From positions 644,291-708,290 of the forward strand of contig CBFHKH010000001.1 of NCBI GenBank assembly GCA_965656375.1: a DNA stretch of 64,000 bases, read 5' to 3'. This DNA comes from Minisyncoccia bacterium (GTDB lineage: Bacteria > Patescibacteriota > Minisyncoccia > Phycocordibacterales > UBA9973). Position 1 is the first letter of the stretch. Every line of letters begins with the position of its first letter. The translations under genes and the position numbers were made by a program. Below the pieces are notes generated by a model. It was given only the letters and a program-made list of their open reading frames with translations. It did no database searches and had not been told where the DNA came from. Below, in pieces: positions 9,268-18,589 of the stretch.

Positions 9268-11982
9268 GTGAGCAAAAAAACTCTCCCCCTCATTCTCATA
9301 CTTCTCATCATCGCGCAAATGTTTGTGCCTTTTACTGTAGGACGTGACAAAAACAACATTCCCACAATAAAGAAATCTGTAACAGAAGCAGCAATAATGC
9401 AGGTAGCAGTTGACTATACGAGCACGAGTACCGCTATAGATCTTACATTTAGAATTCATCGAGAAACGTCAGATAATCATGGTGTTTTTTACATGATTAC
9501 AAATAATCCGGGAACGACACTAAATCCTAATAAGGATTTTTCATGTACGATATCAACAGGACAAATCTCTACAGTTATTCCCTGCGACTTGAAAGGTGTC
9601 GTTGAAAATGAAAATGCAGATACAGAGATAACATCAGCAAGCCAAGTGTTTGTTCCTGCAAGTGGATCAACAGCGATGGTTACTGATCGAATAAGTAACA
9701 ATCAATTAACCGCTGCTCCAGAAACAACAGGCAGTGATGGAAAAACATACAAGGATGTAACTATAAAGAAAGTTATAAGCCCACTTACTGCAAATACTAC
9801 GTACTACTTGAATGTCTGGGCGTATAATGGAAATCTGGTACCTGAAGGAATTTCATTCTTCTTAGATAAAAAAATAACAACGTCAGTTGCAGGTCAAACT
9901 AATCAGACACCTACTACAGTCGGAACTGTCGAAACAACAGGCGATGGCATGCCAAGTTGTGTATTTGCGCACCCAATAGATGGAACATTTGTAGGATGTA
10001 TAGCGCAGCTTATATATTACGTAGTATTCGTTCCTACTTCATATATATTTGGACTTGCAGGAATGTTTTTCGATACAACGTTTAATTATTCTATACAAGA
10101 CAAATCGTACAACAATTCATTCGTGGTGGAAGGGTGGGGGATCATACGTGATTTCTGCAACATTTTCTTCATATTCGTACTTCTCTATGTAGCATTCTCT
10201 ACAATACTCGGTCTTGGTCATAGTAAACCAAAGGAGATGATTGTAAATGTAGTAATTATAGGGCTTCTGATCAACTTCAGTCTTTTTACCGCTCAAGTCA
10301 TTATAGATACTTCGAACATTTTAGCTCGAGTCTTTTATAATTCCGACGCAGTCAAAGTCACTAAAGATGGAGTGGATCAAGCAGGTGCAAATGGCGTTAT
10401 ACCGATATCAGCCTCGATAGTGAGTAAGGTTGATCCGCAACAACTTATCATAAATTCGAGTAGAGTTTCTGTCTTAAACAAAGCAACCGGAGAAGAAGCA
10501 AGTGCAGGAAATAAAAATTCCACACTTGGAGTAGGAGGATTTATATTGATAACACTCCTTGCAAGTGCGGTTAACGTTGTAGGATTCATTGTATTTCTCA
10601 TGGTTGGAATTATGCTTGTATCTCGAGTTATCGGACTTTGGTTTGCAATGATCTTTGCTCCGCTTGCCTTCTTCTCATATACCGTACCTCAGATGCAAGG
10701 TATGTCGATGGTGGGTTGGAAACATTGGTGGCCGGAAACAATCAAGCTCGCCTTTCTTGCGCCTATTTTCATATTCTTTCTCTACCTCATCCTCAGATTC
10801 ATAGAGTTAGGATTCGGATTAGGAGATGCGGCAAAAGAATCAGGTATCAACTTTGTCCTTCTTACTATGATTCCGTTTATATTTATAATGGTTCTTCTTT
10901 GGAAAGCAAAAGATGTAGCAAAAGATCTGTCCGGCAAGCTTGGGCAAGGAATAACCGGTGGTATATCTGCAGTGGGAGGTATGGCTCTTGGCGGAGCGGC
11001 ACTTGGAGCTGCATTTGCAGGAAGAAAGCTTATTGGAAGTACCGTAGCTCGAGCATCACGAGGAGATACTCTTTCTCAAAGATATGAAGATCCTACAAAG
11101 AGAGCAAAGATGAATGTACTTCAAAAGAGCTTTGGATACATGGGTTCAAAAGTGGGACTCGGAAAAGTATTTGGTAATACATATGACGCAAAAACTCGAA
11201 CAGTCGATAGTGGTATCGGTGGAGTTTTAAATAAGAAACAAAGAAAAGTGGGTGAAATTGACCATGCTCGACACGAGATGGATGCAATTAAAGAAAAAGC
11301 TGGTCTCAAAGGAGTTGATGATGATAGGATTTCTGGCGTAAATGAACAGAAGATGAAGGATACATATGTCAAAGAGAAGAAATCTATGGTTGAATCGGAA
11401 CTTAGAAAGAATGGTGGAGTGGTTGGCGGACAGAAGGTTGAAAGTGAAAATGAATTCAAGGCAAATAATCGAAATCAACTGGTCACAAAAGCGATGAACG
11501 ATCCAAACAACCTAGAGGCTAATGGTACTCTAAAGGATGAGGCAAAGAAACAGATTGAGAATACTCTCAATGCAAATTATGAAATCTATATTAAACCACA
11601 AGTTGAAGCAAAGGCTGCTCAGGATTATGGTCACCTTCGAGATGAATCGAAAACAAAAGTTAATCCACTCGATAGAACAATCGCTCGGTCAAATACTGCT
11701 TCATATGATGCTCGCAATATCTCACAGATGAAAGCGGATAAACGTGAAGGTATATTTACCAGAATGAGTGCAGGATTGATAGCTGGAATCGCTATGGGGG
11801 TACGTACAGGGCTCAAGAATAGTGGAATCAATCATGGTTCTGGCCAAAGTGACTTCCTTAAGGATATTGGACATACTATTACAGAAGCAATGAAGAGCGC
11901 AAAATTTAATGTGAAAGTAGAAGAAAGTCATGGACATGACGCGGGAGGTGATCATGGGCACGGCGGTGGAGGTCATCACTAA
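9268..11982 (+). CDS. VirB6/TrbL-like polytopic membrane protein with long charged C-terminal domain and His/Gly-rich tail
   Basis: GTG start. N-terminal signal plus ~230-aa extracytoplasmic domain, a central block of at least six hydrophobic helices (aa ~240-560), then a charged K/E-rich domain ending HGHDAGGDHGHGGGGHH. The architecture resembles PrgH/TcpH-type VirB6 proteins. Confidence 0.5.
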   Translation: MSKKTLPLILILLIIAQMFVPFTVGRDKNNIPTIKKSVTEAAIMQVAVDYTSTSTAIDLTFRIHRETSDNHGVFYMITNNPGTTLNPNKDFSCTISTGQISTVIPCDLKGVVENENADTEITSASQVFVPASGSTAMVTDRISNNQLTAAPETTGSDGKTYKDVTIKKVISPLTANTTYYLNVWAYNGNLVPEGISFFLDKKITTSVAGQTNQTPTTVGTVETTGDGMPSCVFAHPIDGTFVGCIAQLIYYVVFVPTSYIFGLAGMFFDTTFNYSIQDKSYNNSFVVEGWGIIRDFCNIFFIFVLLYVAFSTILGLGHSKPKEMIVNVVIIGLLINFSLFTAQVIIDTSNILARVFYNSDAVKVTKDGVDQAGANGVIPISASIVSKVDPQQLIINSSRVSVLNKATGEEASAGNKNSTLGVGGFILITLLASAVNVVGFIVFLMVGIMLVSRVIGLWFAMIFAPLAFFSYTVPQMQGMSMVGWKHWWPETIKLAFLAPIFIFFLYLILRFIELGFGLGDAAKESGINFVLLTMIPFIFIMVLLWKAKDVAKDLSGKLGQGITGGISAVGGMALGGAALGAAFAGRKLIGSTVARASRGDTLSQRYEDPTKRAKMNVLQKSFGYMGSKVGLGKVFGNTYDAKTRTVDSGIGGVLNKKQRKVGEIDHARHEMDAIKEKAGLKGVDDDRISGVNEQKMKDTYVKEKKSMVESELRKNGGVVGGQKVESENEFKANNRNQLVTKAMNDPNNLEANGTLKDEAKKQIENTLNANYEIYIKPQVEAKAAQDYGHLRDESKTKVNPLDRTIARSNTASYDARNISQMKADKREGIFTRMSAGLIAGIAMGVRTGLKNSGINHGSGQSDFLKDIGHTITEAMKSAKFNVKVEESHGHDAGGDHGHGGGGHH

Positions 11983-11992
11983 ATAAGATATT

Positions 11993-13111
11993 ATGGATCA
12001 AACACAATTACAACAACAAATAGCTCTCTATTACTCAAAACTCTCGCCAGAAATGCAGGCGTCATTTTCGAGCATGCAGTGGATGGAATCACTCAGAGAA
12101 ATTAGTAGGATATACAAACTGACTGAAAATCAGATAGTTACACTCGGAACCGAAACAACCCTTGTTTTACTTGGGATAATATCCACAGAAGAATATGAAG
12201 CTACATTGAAAGATGAGATAAAAATAGACGATGCCGGAATGAAATCAATGCTTGCCGAGATTGAATCAAAAATACTCGGTGTAAATCGTTCCAGACTTAG
12301 AGAAGCATTTGAAAAGAATGTAGACGAATTAGGACAAGAAAAGTACGGTGGGGTACAGAAACTCGATGAACGATTCCTCAAGCTTCCGCAAGAAGTACAG
12401 CAAGCAATTAGAGAATCGAACTATCAACCTGTACTCTACAAAATTGCAGAAAAACATACACTTTCCATCAATCATATGGCAGCGCTAGAAGAAGCAACCA
12501 CAAAAGTCATGCTTGGCATGATACATCCCGACAAATATGAACAAGAATTACAATCTACTATCGGCATTCCAAAAGAAGAGATTAGAGAAATTGTCAGTGA
12601 AGTAGATGAAGGAGTTTTAAAAAATATTAAAGAAATACTCAAGTCACATTGGGGAAAACAAGAAATAGCAACTACTGCGGATGATGTTCCGATTCCACCG
12701 TATAAAACATCTTCACTAGAGACTTTTTCAAAGGAATCTGACGCGAAAATATACGAGGCGTCTGGAGTTGAAATAGTTAAAGATAGTAAGCCTATACTTT
12801 CAAAACCCGAAGAAAAGAGCGTAACAGAAAGTGAAAGCGGGGTTTTAAATAGTTCGGGAATCAATATCGTACGAGACATTCCCATTGCTCCTTCTGAACA
12901 CATACTTGCAAACAAAGAAACAGAGAAAAAACTCCTTGAAGGACTCGAGCATCCTGCCGATGTAGCAACAAGTATTATTGGGGATAAATTAAGCGGTGCG
13001 ACTAAAAGTAAAGACACGGTTACTGATTATTCACTACCAAAGCTTGGAAAGGATGTAGCGGTGCCTCTGCCCACAAAACCTCACGATCCATACCACGAAC
13101 CAATTGAATAG
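11993..13111 (+). CDS. hypothetical soluble protein (372 aa) inside T4SS-like cluster
   Basis: ORF with no TM segments or recognisable motifs. Confidence 0.4.
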   Translation: MDQTQLQQQIALYYSKLSPEMQASFSSMQWMESLREISRIYKLTENQIVTLGTETTLVLLGIISTEEYEATLKDEIKIDDAGMKSMLAEIESKILGVNRSRLREAFEKNVDELGQEKYGGVQKLDERFLKLPQEVQQAIRESNYQPVLYKIAEKHTLSINHMAALEEATTKVMLGMIHPDKYEQELQSTIGIPKEEIREIVSEVDEGVLKNIKEILKSHWGKQEIATTADDVPIPPYKTSSLETFSKESDAKIYEASGVEIVKDSKPILSKPEEKSVTESESGVLNSSGINIVRDIPIAPSEHILANKETEKKLLEGLEHPADVATSIIGDKLSGATKSKDTVTDYSLPKLGKDVAVPLPTKPHDPYHEPIE

Positions 13112-13130
13112 TTTGTGATACAATATATAC

Positions 13131-13547
13131 ATGCAGTTTAAGGTCCCACAATTCATTGATATTGAGGATAAGCTTTTCGGACCTTTCACGTTCCGTCAAT
13201 TCGTCTATCTAGTCGGTGGTGCAGGAATGATATTCGTTGTGTACAAGCTTTTGCCGCTCTATATTGGTATTTTTCTCATCATACCAATCGCAGGCCTTTC
13301 TGCGCTTTTGACATTTTACAAGATCAACAACAAGCCTTTTATTTATTATCTCCAGGCAGCAACAAATTACGCCATTTCAAGTAAACTCTATGTATGGAAA
13401 CAACGTCTTGCGAAACATACAGACAATATAAATACTGATGATATTGCTCTTTCTCAAAAAGTTTCTACCTTGCCAGTTATGACAGAGAGTAAACTCAAAG
13501 ATCTTTCATGGAGTCTTGATGTACAGGCAAAAGACGAAAATGAATAG
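13131..13547 (+). CDS. PrgI family / VirB3-like small membrane protein
   Basis: MQFKVPQFIDIEDKLFGPFTFRQFVYLVGGAGMIFV... matches the PrgI-family pattern (vP, K, lt.RQ, G) plus two TM helices. It sits directly upstream of the VirB4 gene, as in Gram-positive T4SS operons. Confidence 0.6.
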   Translation: MQFKVPQFIDIEDKLFGPFTFRQFVYLVGGAGMIFVVYKLLPLYIGIFLIIPIAGLSALLTFYKINNKPFIYYLQAATNYAISSKLYVWKQRLAKHTDNINTDDIALSQKVSTLPVMTESKLKDLSWSLDVQAKDENE

Positions 13548-13573
13548 GTAGTAAGTTGTGATATAATTACATT

Positions 13574-14227
13574 ATGGCAATCAACGCGAGGAGCGCACAA
13601 GAATTCGTACCAATCAAAGAAGTTCGCAATGGCGTCATCGTTCTCAAAGACGGAGGTCTTCGTGCAGTTCTTATTGCCTCATCTATCAATCTTTCTCTCA
13701 AATCAAGCGACGAGCAGACTGCTATTATAAATCAATTCCAGTCATTCTTAAATGGTCTTGATTTTCCAACACAAATCGTTATGCAGTCCCGCAGGCTCGA
13801 TATTCGTCCGTATCTTTTAACACTCGAAGAGAGACTCAAACAACAAAATGAGAAGCTTTTGAAGATTCAGACAAAGGAGTATATAGATTTCATCCGCTCA
13901 TTCACAGATGAGGTTAACATCATGACGAAAACATTCTTTGTCATTGTTCCCTATAGTTCGGCAGTACTTAAATCAAGCGATGGGTTGCTCGAAAAGATTG
14001 TCGGTGGAAATGCCGCTAAAAAGCAGATTGAAGATACGAAGAAAGCTATTGACCTCGCATCATTCGAAGAAAAACGAAGTCAGCTCGATCAGCGCGTTGG
14101 GGTTATTATCGGAGGTCTCGGCGGCATTGGTATTCGCTCAAGTCAGCTCAAGACCGAAGAGATCGTAGAGCTTTTTTATAAGACATTCAATCCAGGAGAT
14201 ATTAGTCAGGGAATTAAATTACAATAA
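13574..14227 (+). CDS. VirB4/PrgJ-like ATPase, N-terminal fragment (217 aa)
   Basis: EFVPIKEVRNGVIVLKDGGLRAVLIASSINLSLKSSDEQTAIINQFQSFLNGLDFPTQIVMQSRRLDIRPYL is the typical N-terminus of Gram-positive VirB4 (CagE_TrbE_VirB family). It ends with TAA 8 nt before the next ORF, in a different frame. Confidence 0.6.
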   Translation: MAINARSAQEFVPIKEVRNGVIVLKDGGLRAVLIASSINLSLKSSDEQTAIINQFQSFLNGLDFPTQIVMQSRRLDIRPYLLTLEERLKQQNEKLLKIQTKEYIDFIRSFTDEVNIMTKTFFVIVPYSSAVLKSSDGLLEKIVGGNAAKKQIEDTKKAIDLASFEEKRSQLDQRVGVIIGGLGGIGIRSSQLKTEEIVELFYKTFNPGDISQGIKLQ

Positions 14228-14235
14228 GAATCAGT

Positions 14236-16074
14236 ATGTCGATATTTTCATCACTATTTGGAGGAGGTAAAAACAAGACAGGACCAAAAAGCTCTGTCAT
14301 GCCGGTACTTCCCGCTGAGATCTATAAAGCTGCAACACTCGAGCTTCAAGATATCATCGCGCCATCAGCATTACAAATAACTCCAAAATCTTTAAACTTG
14401 GGCGATAAAATTGCGCGAACATTTTTCGTTATTTCCTACCCCCGATATCTCTCGGATAACTGGTTCTCGCCGATCATCAACCTTGATAAAGTTTTTGATG
14501 TATCTATATTTGTTCATCCGATCGATACCGCAGAAGTTCTCCATATGTTCCAGAAAAAAGTTGCCGAGGTGCAGAGTCAAATCTCTATTCGCGAATCAAA
14601 AGGTCTTGTTCGAGATCCAATGCTTGATACTGCGTATCAAGATTTAGAAGGACTTCGAGATAATCTTATGCAAGCTCAAGAGAAAATGTTTGATGTTGGA
14701 CTCTATATCACCGTATATGCCGATACAGAGAACGATCTGTTCAAAATTGAGAGTGAGATAAAATCCCTTTTAGAATCAAAGCTTATTTACCTAAAACCAG
14801 CCTTATTTCAGCAAGACGAAGCATTTAAAAGTGTTATTCCACTTGGTACAGATATACTCGGTATTCATCAGAAGCTCAATACAGAACCACTGTCTTCGCT
14901 CTTTCCGTTCGTATCATTTGACCTGACATCAGATAAAGGAATACTCTACGGGGTTAATCGTCACAACTCGAGCTTGATAATATTTGATCGATTCTCACTC
15001 CCGAACTACAATTCGATAACATTTGCCACATCCGGTGCAGGAAAATCATACGCGACAAAGCTCGAAATAATCCGCACACTCATGTTTGACACTGAGGTCA
15101 TCGTTATCGACCCTGAGCGTGAATATGAATACCTCTCTGAAGCAGTTGGCGGGCGATATTTCAATATATCTCTTTCGTCAGATCACCATATCAATCCGTT
15201 TGATTTGCCTATACCGTCATCTGATGAAACGGGAGCCGATGTTCTTCGCGCTAACACCATAAACCTGGTTGGACTATTTCGCATTATGCTTGGAGGTCTC
15301 ACTCCAGAAGAGGATTCTATAATCGATAGTGCTATCACTGAAACATACGCACTTAAAGACATTACGGCAGAATCTAATTTTGCAAACATTGAGCCTCCAC
15401 TTCTCTCTGATTTTGAAATGGTACTCGCTGGTATGGAGGGGAGTGGATCACTCATCCAACGTCTTGCAAAATTCACTCACGGATCATGGGCATCATTTCT
15501 AAACCAGGCTTCAAACGTAGATATCAATCGTAAATTCGTCGTGTTCTCTGTTCGCGACATGGAAGACGACCTAAAACCTGTTGCTATGTATATAGTCACA
15601 CACTATATATGGAATGCTGTTCGAAAGAATATAAAGAAACGATTACTTGTCGTCGATGAGGCCTGGTGGATGATGAAATCCGACGATACAGCTTCATTCC
15701 TTTATTCTATTGCTAAGCGCGGGCGTAAGTACTATCTCGGCCTTGCAACCATAACCCAAGACGTAGGAGACTTTATGAAGAGTCCGTATGGTGTGCCAAT
15801 TGTCACAAACTCTTCTATACAATTACTACTCAAACAATCTCCATCAACAGTTGATGTGCTCCAAAAAACTTTTAATCTGACAGATGAGGAAAAATACCTG
15901 CTTCTCGAAGCAAATGTCGGAGAGGGTATATTCTTTGCCGGCCTCAAGCACGTCGCGGTAAAGACTATTGCTTCATATACAGAAGATCAGATCATTACAT
16001 CTGATCCATCGCAAATACTCGCTATCAAGAAAGCAAAGGATGAATTGGCGGCATCTTCTGGGACAGGACGCTAA
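14236..16074 (+). CDS. VirB4/PrgJ-like ATPase, C-terminal portion incl. Walker A/B (612 aa)
   Basis: GDKIARTFFVISYPRYL region; Walker A TSGAGKSYATKLEII; Walker B LLVVDEAWWMM; LATITQDVGDF. Together with the 217-aa fragment this makes ~829 aa, the usual VirB4 length. Confidence 0.75.
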   Translation: MSIFSSLFGGGKNKTGPKSSVMPVLPAEIYKAATLELQDIIAPSALQITPKSLNLGDKIARTFFVISYPRYLSDNWFSPIINLDKVFDVSIFVHPIDTAEVLHMFQKKVAEVQSQISIRESKGLVRDPMLDTAYQDLEGLRDNLMQAQEKMFDVGLYITVYADTENDLFKIESEIKSLLESKLIYLKPALFQQDEAFKSVIPLGTDILGIHQKLNTEPLSSLFPFVSFDLTSDKGILYGVNRHNSSLIIFDRFSLPNYNSITFATSGAGKSYATKLEIIRTLMFDTEVIVIDPEREYEYLSEAVGGRYFNISLSSDHHINPFDLPIPSSDETGADVLRANTINLVGLFRIMLGGLTPEEDSIIDSAITETYALKDITAESNFANIEPPLLSDFEMVLAGMEGSGSLIQRLAKFTHGSWASFLNQASNVDINRKFVVFSVRDMEDDLKPVAMYIVTHYIWNAVRKNIKKRLLVVDEAWWMMKSDDTASFLYSIAKRGRKYYLGLATITQDVGDFMKSPYGVPIVTNSSIQLLLKQSPSTVDVLQKTFNLTDEEKYLLLEANVGEGIFFAGLKHVAVKTIASYTEDQIITSDPSQILAIKKAKDELAASSGTGR

Positions 16075-16133
16075 GAAGGTATTTCCGTGATTACCTACTT
16101 TCTAGTTATAGACAGATACTATATAATAGAGAT

Positions 16134-17129
16134 GTGATTACACAACGAGCAAAAATAGCACTAAGTGTACTTTTCTTGATAAGTATCCTTTACGTAGGTA
16201 AGGAAACTTGGGCAGCAAACGAAATTAATCCAGGTGAAGGAGATATATCAGTCACTACTATTCCAGAGAATCCGGAACCATATCAGGATGTCACAATACA
16301 GCTTTCAAGCTATGCGACAGATCTTAATAGAGCAATGATACAGTGGCAAAGCGGGGCGCGTGTCGTACTCTCAGGATATGGAAAGACAAGTTATTCATTC
16401 AAAACACAGGGTCCAAACACTGCAACTATACTTACTGTCATTATCGCAATACCAGGTACTATCGACAATATCACGAAACAGATATTCATTAATCCGTCAG
16501 AAGTTGAACTTATTTGGGAGGGAGTTGATTCATATACTCCGCCATTTTACAGAGGTAAATCATTTCCGACAGCTGAAAGCCGTATAAAGGTAGTAGCTAT
16601 TCCAAATACCACTACAATCAAACAAGGGAAGGGTTCAGTTTCGTATATATGGAAGTATGGTGATCGCACAGCACAAAGCGCGTCTGGCTACAATAAAGAT
16701 TCATTTGTTTATCAAAATAGTGTACTTAATGATATAGATAAGATCACAGTCACAGCAGAATCTGTGGATGGAGGATACACTGCAACAAAAAGTATACAAA
16801 TACCGATAAGAGAACCAAAACTCCTTTTCTATAAAAAGTCTCCAACTGAAGGGGTATTGTATAATCAAGCACTCGAGTCTGGATCATTTATTGAGGAAGA
16901 GGAAGCAACGTTTGTTGCAGTACCATATTTCCTTGCACTTTCTGGTAATGAGAATAATTTCAATTACACATGGAAGATAAATGGAAAAGAGATCGAAACT
17001 CCATCGAAAAAAACAGAACTCACTATTCGTCCAGCTGCTCGTGGGGGATATGCCACTATTGATGTACTTTTTGAGAACCTAGATACAATTTATCAGAGTG
17101 TGAAAGGTAGTCTTAAAATAACCCTCTAA
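16134..17129 (+). CDS. secreted hypothetical protein
   Basis: GTG start with a TATATAAT box just upstream. Signal peptide ALSVLFLISILYVGKETWA. Confidence 0.45.
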   Translation: MITQRAKIALSVLFLISILYVGKETWAANEINPGEGDISVTTIPENPEPYQDVTIQLSSYATDLNRAMIQWQSGARVVLSGYGKTSYSFKTQGPNTATILTVIIAIPGTIDNITKQIFINPSEVELIWEGVDSYTPPFYRGKSFPTAESRIKVVAIPNTTTIKQGKGSVSYIWKYGDRTAQSASGYNKDSFVYQNSVLNDIDKITVTAESVDGGYTATKSIQIPIREPKLLFYKKSPTEGVLYNQALESGSFIEEEEATFVAVPYFLALSGNENNFNYTWKINGKEIETPSKKTELTIRPAARGGYATIDVLFENLDTIYQSVKGSLKITL

Positions 17130-17130
17130 T

Positions 17131-18579
17131 ATGAAAAGATTTTCATCATTGCTAGTCCTCACACTTCTTGCAATAAACACTTTTGTGCCATTTGGTATAT
17201 CACTATCTTCTAATTTTTTACCAGAGATAGTGAAAAATACAGTTTCTGCTGATACCTGCACGATACTCTCAGCAGAATGGAGTCCGGCTGGTGAACAGAG
17301 CAAAAGTACTTTCTATAGAGACGGAAAGACGGCAGCAAATATCGTAGTGGGGACAAAGGGTTGTGTCGACCAACCAGGAATAACGCTTACTGTTTTTGAA
17401 TCGGATAGCTGTCCTCAGAATTGTGATGATGCATTGATTGATTCGAATCTATTGCGAAGACAGATAAAGGTTCCGAGTGATAATTTCACTATACGCATTA
17501 GATTAGGAGAAGAAGAATGCGAAGCTGGATTATCCGGAAGCATCGGCTATGACTGTGATTTATTCTTCTATATAAGACAAGGTGATACCACGCTCTATAA
17601 TTCATCTGGGAAAACCAATGGTGACATCTACTATGAATGTGACGGGCTTTGTTTTGACAATGCTGAATTATTGAAAATCTATGCCCAGGGATCAGACAGC
17701 AACCCAACCACTGTAGATATCAATACGAGCGCAATAAACGAAGATGTATATACTCTTCTTGCTCCTATCGGTAACATAAACTGTGTAAGTGATACTGGGA
17801 TGGATAAGGATGGTAATCAGAACTGCATTGTGGGCAATGGAATCGGATACTATCTGAATGCAATTTTCCTCCTTGCTATCGGTCTTTGTGGAGCGCTCGC
17901 AGTTATTATGATCATCATAAGTGGTATTCAGTACATGGGTGATGAATCAGTATTCGGTAAAACTGAAGCAAAGAGCAAGATATTTGCTGCAATACTTGGT
18001 CTTTTGATCGCACTTGGTTCATATGCATTGCTTCGAACTATTAATCCTGATCTCACTGGTTCAGACGGAGTATCGATAAGCCAAGTTGAGGCTGAAATAG
18101 ATGATCAACCGATACTCTCTGATGAAAATACAGTTGCTCCAATAGGAACAAATATTGCTAAGTGTCCGGAAGGAGTGGAACCAACACAAACTGCAACTGT
18201 AAAATTCATTACTTGTAAATCGATTTCAGTAAAGTTTAAACAAATGATTTCTGATGCATTAGCAGCAGGAATGAAAATAACTGGGGGAGGATTCAGAACC
18301 CGTGCTGAGCAAGTTGCTCTGTATCAAAAGAATTGTGGAGGTGGTACAAGAAAATGTAATCCACCTACAGCAAAACCAGGAAGTTCTATGCACGAAAGTG
18401 GGCTCGCATTTGATTTGAAATGCGATGGAAATTTAATCAATTTTGACGGAAATCAAAGAAAATTCCCAATTGTTACATCTACAAAAAAATGTTTTGATTG
18501 GTTAGCCGCAAATGCCTATAAATACGGACTACAAAATTTTAAAAGAGAAAATTGGCACTGGTCTACAAACGGTCACTAA
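17131..18579 (+). CDS. secreted Cys-rich domain + VirB2/TrbC-like TM hairpin + C-terminal peptidase M15 (VanY/CwlK-type) peptidoglycan hydrolase
   Basis: Signal peptide. Two hydrophobic helices separated by a short charged loop (LNAIFLLAIGLCGALAVIMIIISGIQYMGDESVFGKTEAKSKIFAAILGLLIALGSYALL). C-terminal SSMHESGLAFDL (SxHxxGxAxD) and ENWHW (ExxH) zinc-peptidase motifs. Confidence 0.6.
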   Translation: MKRFSSLLVLTLLAINTFVPFGISLSSNFLPEIVKNTVSADTCTILSAEWSPAGEQSKSTFYRDGKTAANIVVGTKGCVDQPGITLTVFESDSCPQNCDDALIDSNLLRRQIKVPSDNFTIRIRLGEEECEAGLSGSIGYDCDLFFYIRQGDTTLYNSSGKTNGDIYYECDGLCFDNAELLKIYAQGSDSNPTTVDINTSAINEDVYTLLAPIGNINCVSDTGMDKDGNQNCIVGNGIGYYLNAIFLLAIGLCGALAVIMIIISGIQYMGDESVFGKTEAKSKIFAAILGLLIALGSYALLRTINPDLTGSDGVSISQVEAEIDDQPILSDENTVAPIGTNIAKCPEGVEPTQTATVKFITCKSISVKFKQMISDALAAGMKITGGGFRTRAEQVALYQKNCGGGTRKCNPPTAKPGSSMHESGLAFDLKCDGNLINFDGNQRKFPIVTSTKKCFDWLAANAYKYGLQNFKRENWHWSTNGH

Positions 18580-18589
18580 TAAATAATAT

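Noticed and set aside
10638-11087. 149-aa Cys/Arg-rich ORF inside the VirB6-like gene (alternate frame)
   Set aside because: Entirely nested in a well-supported long CDS; its composition is typical of an off-frame translation.
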